IMG/VR virus record: IMGVR_UViG_3300016263_000687 | Span: 1 to 34,901 of that record | DNA: 34,901 nucleotides | Direction: 5' to 3' (one strand) | From: a virus | Lineage: Duplodnaviria > Caudoviricetes | In this document: piece after piece, positions 1 to 7,820 of the stretch | Layout: each line of letters begins with the position of its first letter | Position numbering within the stretch: the first letter of the stretch is position 1 | The notes under the pieces: generated by a model | The model's input: only the letters and a program-made list of their open reading frames with translations | Told to the model about the DNA's origin: nothing | Database searches by the model: none | Made by a program: the position numbers and the translations under genes

Positions 1-85
1 GTCCTCGTTGGGGGTAGCAAAAATCGCGATCGGCCTCGGGCCCGGGGTCGGGGTCGGGTGCGTGTGGGGTTCGGTCATCGGTTGG

Positions 86-391
86 TCATGCCTCGCCTCG
101 GGCTCCTGCTTGCCTGTTGCATTTGCTGTGGGCGGGTTCCATGCCCCAGGGGCGTTGGTCTACGTCCCAGGGTTGGTCTTGGAGGATTGGTTGTCCGCAG
201 CGTGAGCAGGGCCAGGTGCCGGTGTCTACCCAGGGTTTCCAGTGTTTGCGGGCTTTGGCGTGGGCTGTGCTGTGGCCGGGGCGGGTGCGGCCTGGGTGGG
301 AGGGTGCTCGTCGTTTTGGGGTGTGCTCGGGGCATCGTGAGGTTTCTGTGAGCTTTCCGCAGGTGAGGCAGGGGCGGGGTGGTTTGGGCAT
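86..391 (-). CDS. HNH endonuclease-like protein, probably packaging-associated
   Basis: PRPCLTCG..RCPEH; CSRCG..WDVD..PAHSKCN; last gene before the genome end. Confidence 0.8.
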   Translation of the reverse strand: MPKPPRPCLTCGKLTETSRCPEHTPKRRAPSHPGRTRPGHSTAHAKARKHWKPWVDTGTWPCSRCGQPILQDQPWDVDQRPWGMEPAHSKCNRQAGARGEA

Positions 392-612
392 TAGGTGAGC
401 TCGAGTAGTCGGGCGAGGGCGAGGTAGGGGATGCCGTAGTCGTTTTGGGATTGGGCGAAGAGGTTCATGGTGGTGAGGATGGTGAGTCGGGTTTGTTGGT
501 CGTGGATGTTGATTCCGTAGTTGTCGTAGGTGTCTCGGCAGGCTGCTGCTGCTTGGTCTAGGGCGGCGTCGATGCTGGGGTCGGGCCGGCTGGGGTGTTG
601 GTCTCGGCCCAT
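391..612 (-). CDS. Hypothetical protein
   Basis: Coupled at both ends. Confidence 0.6.
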   Translation of the reverse strand: MGRDQHPSRPDPSIDAALDQAAAACRDTYDNYGINIHDQQTRLTILTTMNLFAQSQNDYGIPYLALARLLELT

Positions 613-851
613 CAGAACTCTCTTGGCTGTTGGGGTTTGGGTCGATTGTGTCGGCATTCGCATGGCCGGTAGACGGGTTCGTCTTGGGTGGCGGTGATGG
701 TGAGTCCGTTGGGTGTGGTGTGGGTGCCGCCGATGAGTTCGAGGACGCCGTGGTCTTGGCAGCGGTCGCATTGGGGTTTGGGTTTGGGTGGGCTGATGGT
801 GGTTCTGGGTTTGTTGCGGATGCGGTCGATTGCGGCTTGGAGGTCGTTCAT
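612..851 (-). CDS. Small Zn-binding protein
   Basis: CDRCQDHG..RPCEC, resembling the N-terminus of helicase loaders. Confidence 0.65.
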   Translation of the reverse strand: MNDLQAAIDRIRNKPRTTISPPKPKPQCDRCQDHGVLELIGGTHTTPNGLTITATQDEPVYRPCECRHNRPKPQQPREF

Positions 852-1543
852 CGCCAGCCTTCTCCTGCTTTGCGGATCCAGTTACGCCAGACGGCATTCC
901 AGTTCACTTTGACGCCTCGAGCACCGGGTTGCGCTAACCAATGATCCTTGAACTTCTTGGTTTCTGCCACCCAGTCGACGTTGGGCGCTTCTTGTTGGGC
1001 CCAGGCGATCATGTCGTCGGTGACGGGGAACGGGTCAGGGATGCGCCGGCCACGGGTTCGGTCGGGTGAAGTTTTCCCCCCCGTACCCCCCCTTTCACCC
1101 TCACCCTCACCCTCACTACGCGTCGCGCGACATCGCGTAGACGCGTCCGCGACGCGTCGCGAATCCGTCGCGTCGTTACGAGCTCGACGTTCCTCTGCCC
1201 ACGCCTTCTTCCGGGCTTTCTCCCGTTCGTGGGCCTCCTTGATCTCGTCAGCCGGTTTGTTCCAGGTGAGCCATGCCCGGATGTGGTACTCGTCGCCTCG
1301 GAGGGTCCACAGGCCGTGCTCGACCAGCCGGTCACACAGCTCCTGAGCGGTCACCTCCCCATAGGCGACAGCAGACAGATCCTGTGCGGCACGGAGCGCC
1401 TGACGGCGGTGGAGCACCCCGTCCGTCATAATCCGTTTCGCGATCAGGATCGACCGGATGAACAGATGTTCAGCATCGGGGCCGGCAGCGACGATCGCCG
1501 GATCTTCCGGCAGGTTCACGTCGATGGCAGCGGTCAGCGGCAC
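848..1543 (-). CDS. Phage replication initiator (replisome organiser)
   Basis: N-terminal TDG..LVEHGLW..Y winged-helix-like part, EGEGEGE linker, C-terminal KFKDHW..NWNAVWRNWIRK. Confidence 0.75.
   Translation of the reverse strand: MPLTAAIDVNLPEDPAIVAAGPDAEHLFIRSILIAKRIMTDGVLHRRQALRAAQDLSAVAYGEVTAQELCDRLVEHGLWTLRGDEYHIRAWLTWNKPADEIKEAHEREKARKKAWAEERRARNDATDSRRVADASTRCRATRSEGEGEGERGGTGGKTSPDRTRGRRIPDPFPVTDDMIAWAQQEAPNVDWVAETKKFKDHWLAQPGARGVKVNWNAVWRNWIRKAGEGWR
1066..1182. other. Candidate replication origin (iteron-like repeats) inside the initiator gene
   Basis: Tandem TCACCC repeats and clustered ACGCGTC/CGCGAC palindromes in the interdomain linker. Confidence 0.45.
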
Positions 1544-1555
1544 GAAGCCGACCTC

Positions 1556-1723
1556 CTACAGGTTCGGGTCGATGTCGGTCCGGGTCTGGATGACCTCGGC
1601 GATCACCTCGGCAGGACACCACAGACAGTCGGGGCCGTCGGCACACCAGCCGTCCTGGGCAACCTTCTGCCGGTAGAGGTTCAACCCGACGGTGATCGCC
1701 CCCTTCAACGTCAGCCTGGGCAT
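1556..1723 (-). CDS. Small hypothetical protein
   Basis: MPRLTLK ORF filling the gap; start uncertain. Confidence 0.5.
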   Translation of the reverse strand: MPRLTLKGAITVGLNLYRQKVAQDGWCADGPDCLWCPAEVIAEVIQTRTDIDPNL

Positions 1724-1782
1724 GGTGCCATCAGAATGCCCTGAGAGGCCCCTAGGAGCCTCAGGAAGGGCCTCCGACCCGC

Positions 1783-1989
1783 TCACCGGTCTCCACCACG
1801 GGCGCGGGCCTTCTGCCACCGGTCTGCGTACGCTGTGGCCAGCAGGGTCATTTCGTAGATCTCGCGCCGCATCTCGGTGATCTTCGCCGCCGCCTCGAGC
1901 ATCAGCTTCTCGGTGTCGCCACCCGGCGAGAAGATCTCCACCCGGCGCACCAAGCGGTCTTCGATCGGCAGATCTGCTTTGACGTGCAT
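1783..1989 (-). CDS. Hypothetical protein
   Basis: GAAAGGA RBS before MHVKADL. Confidence 0.7.
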   Translation of the reverse strand: MHVKADLPIEDRLVRRVEIFSPGGDTEKLMLEAAAKITEMRREIYEMTLLATAYADRWQKARARGGDR

Positions 1990-2052
1990 GGTCTGTTCCT
2001 TTCTGATGATTTCTTCCATGTGTTGGTGGTGCTGACCGACGATCCAGGTCAG

Positions 2053-2134
2053 GGTGGAGCCGTCGGGAGTCGAACCCGAGTCCACACCAGCTCCGTCATG
2101 CGGCTCTTCTGGCGTGTCGATACCTTCCGGCCCC
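2053..2134 (-). ncRNA. Minimal tmRNA-like RNA (tRNA-like domain only)
   Basis: GGGGCCG/CGGCUCC-A acceptor stem with G3:U70; stemless D-loop GAAGGUAUCGAC; helix CACGCCAG/CUGGUGUG; GAC linker; T arm UCGGG-UUCGACU-CCCGA. Confidence 0.88.
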
Positions 2135-2141
2135 TGCCGCA

Positions 2142-2357
2142 TTATTGCTGCTCTTCCCACGGGAACGGCTGAGTGAAAAGATTTTTGTCACGAGAGACCC
2201 TCGTGACAAAGATCTCTTCCCACGGGAACGGCAAATCGTTGATGCGGTTCCCGCCCGGACAGGCGTAACACCGATCCCAGAACAGCCACCAGGACCGTTC
2301 CGTACGCCACAAGAACACCGATCCGCAGCTCGGACAGACCGCCTCCACCGCCTTCAC
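2142..2357 (-). CDS. Small Zn-ribbon protein; 3' half reads through the repeat element
   Basis: CPSC..CYAC; GTGA coupling; PFPWEE twice. Confidence 0.5.
   Translation of the reverse strand: MKAVEAVCPSCGSVFLWRTERSWWLFWDRCYACPGGNRINDLPFPWEEIFVTRVSRDKNLFTQPFPWEEQQ
2151..2232. repeat. Two 19-bp direct repeats flanking a 16-bp-arm inverted repeat
   Basis: CTCTTCCCACGGGAACGGC at 2151-2169 and 2214-2232; AGATTTTTGTCACGAG-agacc-CTCGTGACAAAGATCT at 2179-2215. Confidence 0.9.
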
Positions 2358-2815
2358 GATGCCTGCCGATCTCGAGGCCGGCCACGCACCTCGTCCCGCC
2401 CATTGCGTTGCCGGGCTGTCAAACCACCCCAGATGCCGACCGGTTCCGGCATCTCGAGCGCCCAGCCGAGACAATCCTTACGCACCGGGCAGCGCCCGCA
2501 GATCTCGATCGCCGCTTTCGGGTTTTCGTCAGAACGTGCCCACCAGGCGTGCTCGGCGCGGCCCGCCCGACATTCCACCACACACAAAGCGTCTTCCCGC
2601 CAAGGTTGTTCGACCCGCAACCTCGAGGTCGGAACATGGTGATACGACTGGGGTTCGATACCTGAGCGTTTCTGAGCGTGATAGGTGTTCTTGTAATCAC
2701 GGTTCGCTTGGCAGCACTCTTCGCACCGGCACCCCAGCGTGTAGGTGCGGCGAACACCATGAGGCCTTTCCCCGTTCGGCCTGCGCCGTTCCAGACCATC
2801 CACCGGGCGGCTCAT
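2354..2815 (-). CDS. whiB: WhiB-family regulator with N-terminal HG..Y..GCRCxxC domain
   Basis: WREDALC..ICGRCPVRKDC..GIWGG. Confidence 0.88.
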   Translation of the reverse strand: MSRPVDGLERRRPNGERPHGVRRTYTLGCRCEECCQANRDYKNTYHAQKRSGIEPQSYHHVPTSRLRVEQPWREDALCVVECRAGRAEHAWWARSDENPKAAIEICGRCPVRKDCLGWALEMPEPVGIWGGLTARQRNGRDEVRGRPRDRQAS

Positions 2816-3396
2816 CAGAACGCCCAAGGGCGACGGCCAGCTCCCTGATACAGGGCACGGGCAGCAGCAATGTTGCAAGCAGCATCGAACACCAGCTCGT
2901 CAGCCGGTTCGCCACAAGTGTCGGCCACCAGACGCCGATGCAACGGCATCATCAGCTGGAAGATCCCCGACGCCCCAGACGGGTTGCGGGCCTCCGGCTG
3001 GCAGCGGCTTTCCCGCATTGCGACGCTCACCGCCCATTCTCCGTCGGGTGTGTCTGCCCAGGCTGCTCGGATTTGGTCAGCGACTCCGCATCCGCTTCCT
3101 GCCGGCGTCGCTGCTTGTCGATCTCCTGCTGGAGCAGGTGCTGAGTTTGCAGCTGCTCGAGCTGCTTCCAGGCGGGCCAGCGCCGCCAATCGTTCTTCTT
3201 CTGCATTCTTGACCCCCTCGTTCCAGGCGGTGACCGCCTGCACGGTGCTGTCGGGACTGATCCCGACGATTTCCAACGGCCAGGGCACGCTCGCCTCGGA
3301 GCGCACCGAATGTGGCGGGTGACCGCCATGCCCGATACTGCCCACGATCAACAAGACGGCTCCGAGCACGGCGGTCAACCCACACACAAACTTCAC
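2815..3396 (-). CDS. Secreted or membrane-anchored lytic transglycosylase (SLT/Rpf-like fold)
   Basis: N-terminal hydrophobic signal; RES catalytic Glu, ASGIFQ, NIAAA..PW. Confidence 0.85.
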   Translation of the reverse strand: MKFVCGLTAVLGAVLLIVGSIGHGGHPPHSVRSEASVPWPLEIVGISPDSTVQAVTAWNEGVKNAEEERLAALARLEAARAAANSAPAPAGDRQAATPAGSGCGVADQIRAAWADTPDGEWAVSVAMRESRCQPEARNPSGASGIFQLMMPLHRRLVADTCGEPADELVFDAACNIAAARALYQGAGRRPWAF

Positions 3397-3417
3397 CAGA
3401 TGACTCCCAGCTAGCGG

Positions 3418-3645
3418 TCAGGACCCAGCCGAAGCCCGCAGGCTCACGACTGCCGCCTCGCACACCTCACCGAACGGAAGGTTCCGCTCGGCAGCGAACA
3501 CCTCCAGGTCCCGGATGAGCACCTCGAGCGCCGCCTTGTGTGCCGAAACGATCTCGACACGATAGGTGCCCTTGTGGTGCCTTCCCTGGTGGATGCGAAG
3601 ACCGTGCTGGTTCTTGAACGTGTTGCCGCATTCGGGGCATTGCAT
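3418..3645 (-). CDS. C2H2 zinc-finger protein
   Basis: CPECGNTFKNQHGLRIHQGRHH; AAGGAG RBS; the frame is open further upstream so the start is uncertain. Confidence 0.7.
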   Translation of the reverse strand: MQCPECGNTFKNQHGLRIHQGRHHKGTYRVEIVSAHKAALEVLIRDLEVFAAERNLPFGEVCEAAVVSLRASAGS

Positions 3646-3770
3646 TGTGCTTTTCTCCTTGGTTTTGGTTGGGATGGTGACCCCTTGATGGCAGGGGCAG
3701 GTACAGACCGATTTGAGGCCGCATTGGTGGTGCTGTTCGATCATGCAGTAAAGCTGCAAACCGGCTTTGA

Positions 3771-3899
3771 TCAGGGGCCGCACCGAGGGTGCCTCTCGCG
3801 GCATTCGGCGCGGGTTTCTTCCCGTCCGAGCTGATAGCCCCACCAGAATCCGGCCATGAAGATCACGGCGATGATGAAAGCGAACAGCACAGCCTCCAT
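3771..3899 (-). CDS. 42-aa single-TM protein (not in ORF track)
   Basis: MEAVLFAFIIAVIFMAGFWWG; TGATG coupling. Confidence 0.6.
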   Translation of the reverse strand: MEAVLFAFIIAVIFMAGFWWGYQLGREETRAECRERHPRCGP

Positions 3900-4216
3900 C
3901 ACGACTCCCGATGCGCCAGCGCCCAGACAGTCATCAACCGACCACGGTTGGACAGTCGGCGTTGACCGGTGTCAACCAGCGTTCCACGCTTCGTAAGCCT
4001 GGACCGTGCGGTTTTGACCGTCGGCCCGTAGCGCGGCCGGAGAACGCTGACGAGTTCGTCGTCGGTCAAGCCTCGACCCCCGTCAACGTGGAAGACCTCG
4101 AGGATTTCAACCTCGAGCGCCTGGGGCTGCTGGCCGGCTGCCGCCAGAACGGACGTAGCCGGGTCGGTGTGCCGATGGCGGGCCAACGGCGACTGGTCGA
4201 ACAGGGTGGGCTGCAC
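3899..4216 (-). CDS. Putative winged-helix DNA-binding protein
   Basis: ARHRHTDPATS..GLTDDEL..RSRLTKRG..VW. Confidence 0.7.
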   Translation of the reverse strand: MQPTLFDQSPLARHRHTDPATSVLAAAGQQPQALEVEILEVFHVDGGRGLTDDELVSVLRPRYGPTVKTARSRLTKRGTLVDTGQRRLSNRGRLMTVWALAHRES

Positions 4217-4235
4217 GGCGCCTCCTGAGTCTGGG

Positions 4236-4658
4236 TTATCTCTTCCGTTTGGGGCTTCTTGCCCGAGCAGGAGGATACTCCCCCCGATCGATCAAATCAA
4301 GGATTTCGGCGCGGCGGGCTTTCAGCCGGTCAGCGATCTCGATCCAGTCGGATTCCCGATAGGTGCACGTCCCGATCGTCATGGCCCGCAGCTCGTCATA
4401 GCGGCTTCTGCCGATCGTCAGATCGATCAGCTCGACGAACAGCACCGGGTTCTCGTGCACCTCCCGATGACAGGCGGCACACAACGGCCAGCCGTTGTCC
4501 AGCTCATGACGGGTGGCGTTATACCTTCTGGAAATCAGGTGGTGCGCCTGGAGGTTGTCGGGCCGCGCGCAAGACACGCAGCAGCGGCCCATCCGCACAA
4601 CCTCCGACCACAGACGATCAGCGCGACCCTTCGCGCCTTTCGCCCTGGCGACACTCAT
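4236..4658 (-). CDS. NinG/Rap-like HNH nuclease
   Basis: ADRLWSEVVR..CVSC..AHHLISR..ATR..N..LCAACH. Confidence 0.75.
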   Translation of the reverse strand: MSVARAKGAKGRADRLWSEVVRMGRCCVSCARPDNLQAHHLISRRYNATRHELDNGWPLCAACHREVHENPVLFVELIDLTIGRSRYDELRAMTIGTCTYRESDWIEIADRLKARRAEILDLIDRGEYPPARARSPKRKR

Positions 4659-4954
4659 GCTGTCTCACCTAGCCGGTTACGGATCTTCGCCCGTTCCCGC
4701 ACCAGACGCCGATAGAACGACTGACGTTGCGTCGGAGTCATCCCGCCCAACACCCCGTGGCGTCCACCCCGGCGCACCGACTCGGTCCGCAAAGCCTCCA
4801 CCAAACAATCCTCGGACACCTGACATTTCTGGCAGATCAGCTGCGCCACCTCAGGGTCCTTCCGGTAGAAGATCTCGGTTTTCTGGCCCTTACAGGCAGC
4901 CTGGTCGTACCAGCCGCGCCTGGGATGACGATCCCACCACTCCTGCAGATCCAT
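4655..4954 (-). CDS. whiB: WhiB-family regulator
   Basis: WYDQAAC..ICQKCQVSEDC..GVLGG. Confidence 0.88.
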   Translation of the reverse strand: MDLQEWWDRHPRRGWYDQAACKGQKTEIFYRKDPEVAQLICQKCQVSEDCLVEALRTESVRRGGRHGVLGGMTPTQRQSFYRRLVRERAKIRNRLGETA

Positions 4955-5382
4955 CAGCCATTCTTTCTTTGTGAGCGTTCCACCACGATTGTCCTCGAGG
5001 ACCGTTTGCACGCCGGCGAACAGTAAAGCCTGGGCGATCGGGCAGCTTCTGACACCTCATAGGTGAACTCGACCCCGCACACCGGGCATTGGCTGACCCG
5101 CACATCCGAAATGGTGCGACGCTGCCGAACCGAAATCCCCCCCCAAATGCCATGAAGTTCAGGCAGTTTCACCGCCCAATCCAGGCACTCTTCCCGCACC
5201 GGGCACCGGAAACAGATCGCTTTCGCTAAGTCCTTCTCGGGGCGTGGCCGATGCTGTGTCGGAAACCACCAGGCCGGGTCTGCCTCCCCGGTACGGCATA
5301 GTTCGGCACACAACGCCCGGTCACGCCATTCGGCCTGCACCCGCCGTCTGGTGATCGGCAGATGGAGGTCGTCAAGGTTCAC
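4954..5382 (-). CDS. whiB: WhiB-family regulator with C-terminal Zn finger
   Basis: WRDRALC..AKAICFRCPVREEC..GIWGG; then CPVC..YCSPAC. Confidence 0.9.
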   Translation of the reverse strand: MNLDDLHLPITRRRVQAEWRDRALCAELCRTGEADPAWWFPTQHRPRPEKDLAKAICFRCPVREECLDWAVKLPELHGIWGGISVRQRRTISDVRVSQCPVCGVEFTYEVSEAARSPRLYCSPACKRSSRTIVVERSQRKNG

Positions 5383-5714
5383 CAGTCAACGCCGACAGCA
5401 TGGCGAACGGTGGCGTTCACCGACCGCAACGCATCCATGCTCGAGCGGATTGTCCTGGCCGACTCTTGAGCACCTAGCAGCTTGGCGTCAGCGATCTTGT
5501 GTTCCAGCAGCTCGGCGTCGGTCATTACCGTGGCCTGGGCTTTCCGCACCTCGACGGTGCCTTCCGAACGCAGCAGAGCCTTGCTGTATGCAGTCTTGTA
5601 GGCCACTTCGGCGCGGGCGGCGGCTTCCGCCAGGTCGGCAATGAGATGCGCGGTCTCTTCGCCGGCTTCGACCAGCCGGGCTAGTTCACGTTCGACCTGC
5701 GCCTGGGTGAGCAT
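5379..5714 (-). CDS. Coiled-coil protein, possibly UvsY-like recombination mediator
   Basis: Helical; GTVEVRKAQA..LRSVNA; near the SSB-like gene. Confidence 0.5.
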   Translation of the reverse strand: MLTQAQVERELARLVEAGEETAHLIADLAEAAARAEVAYKTAYSKALLRSEGTVEVRKAQATVMTDAELLEHKIADAKLLGAQESARTIRSSMDALRSVNATVRHAVGVDW

Positions 5715-5935
5715 CAGACTGGACGGCGGTGCTTCCGCTTGCTGCGAACCTGCACGGGCTTCGGGCCGTTCACGAGCCACTTGGTCGTGATCTCCCGGCC
5801 TTTCTCCTCAATGTCACAGATGCCCCACCCGACGGTGTTCAGATCTTCGTCAATGGTCGTGCAGAGGTGCCGCCCAACCTCGGGGCCGTCAGCCCAATGG
5901 GCAGGCCGCGCTTTGTAGATCCCGAGCCGGCCCAT
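5714..5935 (-). CDS. Hypothetical protein
   Basis: TGATG coupling at both ends. Confidence 0.6.
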   Translation of the reverse strand: MGRLGIYKARPAHWADGPEVGRHLCTTIDEDLNTVGWGICDIEEKGREITTKWLVNGPKPVQVRSKRKHRRPV

Positions 5936-6363
5936 CAGAACGGCTCATCACCCGTCAGCACCACCGCCGGGGCCGCGCTATCGAGGCCCTGCGCTCGAGC
6001 ACCAGCGATCTCGTCGGCCACCCGCTCAGCGACCTTGCGAGCGTTCTCGGGCAGCGGCACCAGCTCGACGCTGCGGTCGTCACGCTCGATCGGACGGCAC
6101 GCCACCAGCTGGCCCATGCAGCCCTTGAGCTGGGCGACAGCTCGCCACCAGGAGAACCGGACGCCAGTTGCCTCGGACTCGATGCCCTGACGGTCCAGCA
6201 GCCACACGTCGCATTCGACGTAGGTCTGAGGTCCCTTGCCGTCATCCTTGGCAGGCCATTCTCCGAGGCCCGTGGGCCGAAGCAGCAACACCCTGTTCTT
6301 CAGGTCGGCGGCACGAACGAGATTCTCGGACTGCTCGGGCGCGGGCGGCGGGTCCATCAACAT
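5935..6363 (-). CDS. Putative single-stranded DNA-binding protein
   Basis: Beta-rich core and acidic tail ending DEPF; AAGGAG RBS. Confidence 0.55.
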   Translation of the reverse strand: MLMDPPPAPEQSENLVRAADLKNRVLLLRPTGLGEWPAKDDGKGPQTYVECDVWLLDRQGIESEATGVRFSWWRAVAQLKGCMGQLVACRPIERDDRSVELVPLPENARKVAERVADEIAGARAQGLDSAAPAVVLTGDEPF

Positions 6364-6827
6364 CAGAACACTCCTTGGTTGGGTTTGATGAGCTGCAGGT
6401 TCACACCGCCCGGCGTCGAGCGGCAATATTCGTCAGGGTCCAACCCCAACGCTCGGAGAGCAGTCGTTCTCGGCGCCGGGAGGTTCCAGACGTACAGGAT
6501 GCGCTCGAGCGGCGTCTGGTCTTTGATCTCGCCGGTGTTTCCGTCGATCAGGCGCGCGTCGAGTACATCGCGCAGCAGCCCATCCTTGTCCCACTCGGTC
6601 CGGTTCTTCTTGTAGTGCCGGCTGACAGTCCCGAGACCTTCGACCGTCCAGTCTTTCTCGGGCAGTTCTTCACCGATCATCTTCGCCATTTCGCCCCGGA
6701 CGATCGCCAACACCCGGTTCGCATCCTCGAGCGCCGCCCAGTTCCGGCACGCATCCTCGAGACGGTCGGTCATCAGCTCTTCAACATCGAGGCTCAGCAT
6801 TGCCGCCAGGATTTCGTGCCCGTTCAT
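6363..6827 (-). CDS. Hypothetical protein in the recombination/replication region
   Basis: Coupled 154-aa ORF. Confidence 0.7.
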   Translation of the reverse strand: MNGHEILAAMLSLDVEELMTDRLEDACRNWAALEDANRVLAIVRGEMAKMIGEELPEKDWTVEGLGTVSRHYKKNRTEWDKDGLLRDVLDARLIDGNTGEIKDQTPLERILYVWNLPAPRTTALRALGLDPDEYCRSTPGGVNLQLIKPNQGVF

Positions 6828-7036
6828 GGCAGATCCCGAGAATCCAACGCTCGGAGGATCGTGCTGCCACCAGCCAGCCGATCTCGGGCAGCGTTGATCG
6901 CATACCGAGCCAGAGTGTGCAGATCCGAAATCGACAGGTCGAACTCGTAGGAACGCAGCACACCTCCGTCGTTCACCTCGAAGAACAGCCGGCCATCGGT
7001 ATCGATGCTGATCGCGTCGAGCTTTACGTCCATCAC
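6824..7036 (-). CDS. Hypothetical protein
   Basis: Coupled ORF. Confidence 0.65.
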   Translation of the reverse strand: MMDVKLDAISIDTDGRLFFEVNDGGVLRSYEFDLSISDLHTLARYAINAARDRLAGGSTILRALDSRDLP

Positions 7037-7284
7037 CAGCCTGGATCCCTCCGCTTGGCTTCCATTTCGGCGTCGAGCTTCACCAGGTAGTCGTGCAGCA
7101 TCTTGTGAGCGTCCAGCATCTCGTCACAGACGTGCTGCAACGCCACCAGATGGCCCTGGAGCACGACTGCATCCTGTGCGCTTGCCATCCGGTTCCGTAC
7201 ACCCTCGAGGTGTTCGTGGATCCAGACAGCATCCATGTGAGCGGCGTCCAGGCGGTCACCAAGCTTGGCGATCACGTCAGACAT
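7033..7284 (-). CDS. Helical hypothetical protein
   Basis: Coupled ORF starting MSDVIAK. Confidence 0.65.
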   Translation of the reverse strand: MSDVIAKLGDRLDAAHMDAVWIHEHLEGVRNRMASAQDAVVLQGHLVALQHVCDEMLDAHKMLHDYLVKLDAEMEAKRRDPGW

Positions 7285-7441
7285 GGTTTCCGCCCCCAAC
7301 CTGGTAGTCGCCCCGAGCTGCTGCGATCCGTTCAGTCTCAGGATCCCGGCAAGCATTCCAGAAGACTGCGACAGCAACGGTCACGGTCGCCACGAAAAAG
7401 ACGATTCCGAACGTGATGTAGAAGATGTCGAACCAAAGCAC
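7277..7441 (-). CDS. 54-aa single-TM protein (not in ORF track)
   Basis: GAAAGGA RBS, GTG start, LWFDIFYITFGIVFFVATVTVAVAVFW. Confidence 0.65.
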   Translation of the reverse strand: MLWFDIFYITFGIVFFVATVTVAVAVFWNACRDPETERIAAARGDYQVGGGNHV

Positions 7442-7462
7442 GGCGGTTCCTTTCATTCTTTG

Positions 7463-7675
7463 TTAGTCGACCAGAATCCCGGCGTCTCGCAGCAGATCTT
7501 CCGACTCGACAATGGCTGAATGCCTGTCATCGTGGGTCGAAACCACCCAGGTCCGACCATCGGTGAAATGGGCGAGGATCACATACTTGCCGGGCTTGTC
7601 CCGGTGATTGGACACGGTCAACGCAGCGCACCTACGGAAGTTGATCCAGGTGCTGTGATCGGTCTGCAGAAACAT
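7463..7675 (-). CDS. Hypothetical protein
   Basis: MFLQTD start with GAGGA RBS. Confidence 0.6.
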   Translation of the reverse strand: MFLQTDHSTWINFRRCAALTVSNHRDKPGKYVILAHFTDGRTWVVSTHDDRHSAIVESEDLLRDAGILVD

Positions 7676-7820
7676 TCGCTTCCTCAGGATGGGCATTGGC
7701 ACGACGCCCGCAGATGGCACATTCTCGATGGTTCACGTCGGACGGCTGAAACCGGTGTCGGGATCGCAGAATCCGCTTGGCCGGCTGAGCAGGAATCGTA
7801 GGCGTGTCAGATGTGGTCAC
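7632..7820 (-). CDS. Small hypothetical protein
   Basis: HRF..CAICG..H motif; overlaps both neighbours. Confidence 0.5.
   Translation of the reverse strand: MTTSDTPTIPAQPAKRILRSRHRFQPSDVNHRECAICGRRANAHPEEANVSADRSQHLDQLP

Noticed and set aside
2053-2085. attP copy of the host ssrA or tRNA 3' end
   Set aside because: The complementary 5' half and D-loop are also present, and no integrase is encoded in the window
2053-2134. Ordinary tRNA-Ala
   Set aside because: No D stem and no 5-bp stem/7-nt anticodon loop; the junctions match tmRNA
1990-2160. N-terminal extension of ORF 1783..2160 across the RNA
   Set aside because: A strong RBS precedes the ATG at 1989; the extension is an open frame through a structured RNA
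2151-2232. Mini-CRISPR array
   Set aside because: Only two 19-bp repeats, the spacer is itself a palindrome, no resemblance to CRISPR repeats I recognise, and no cas genes
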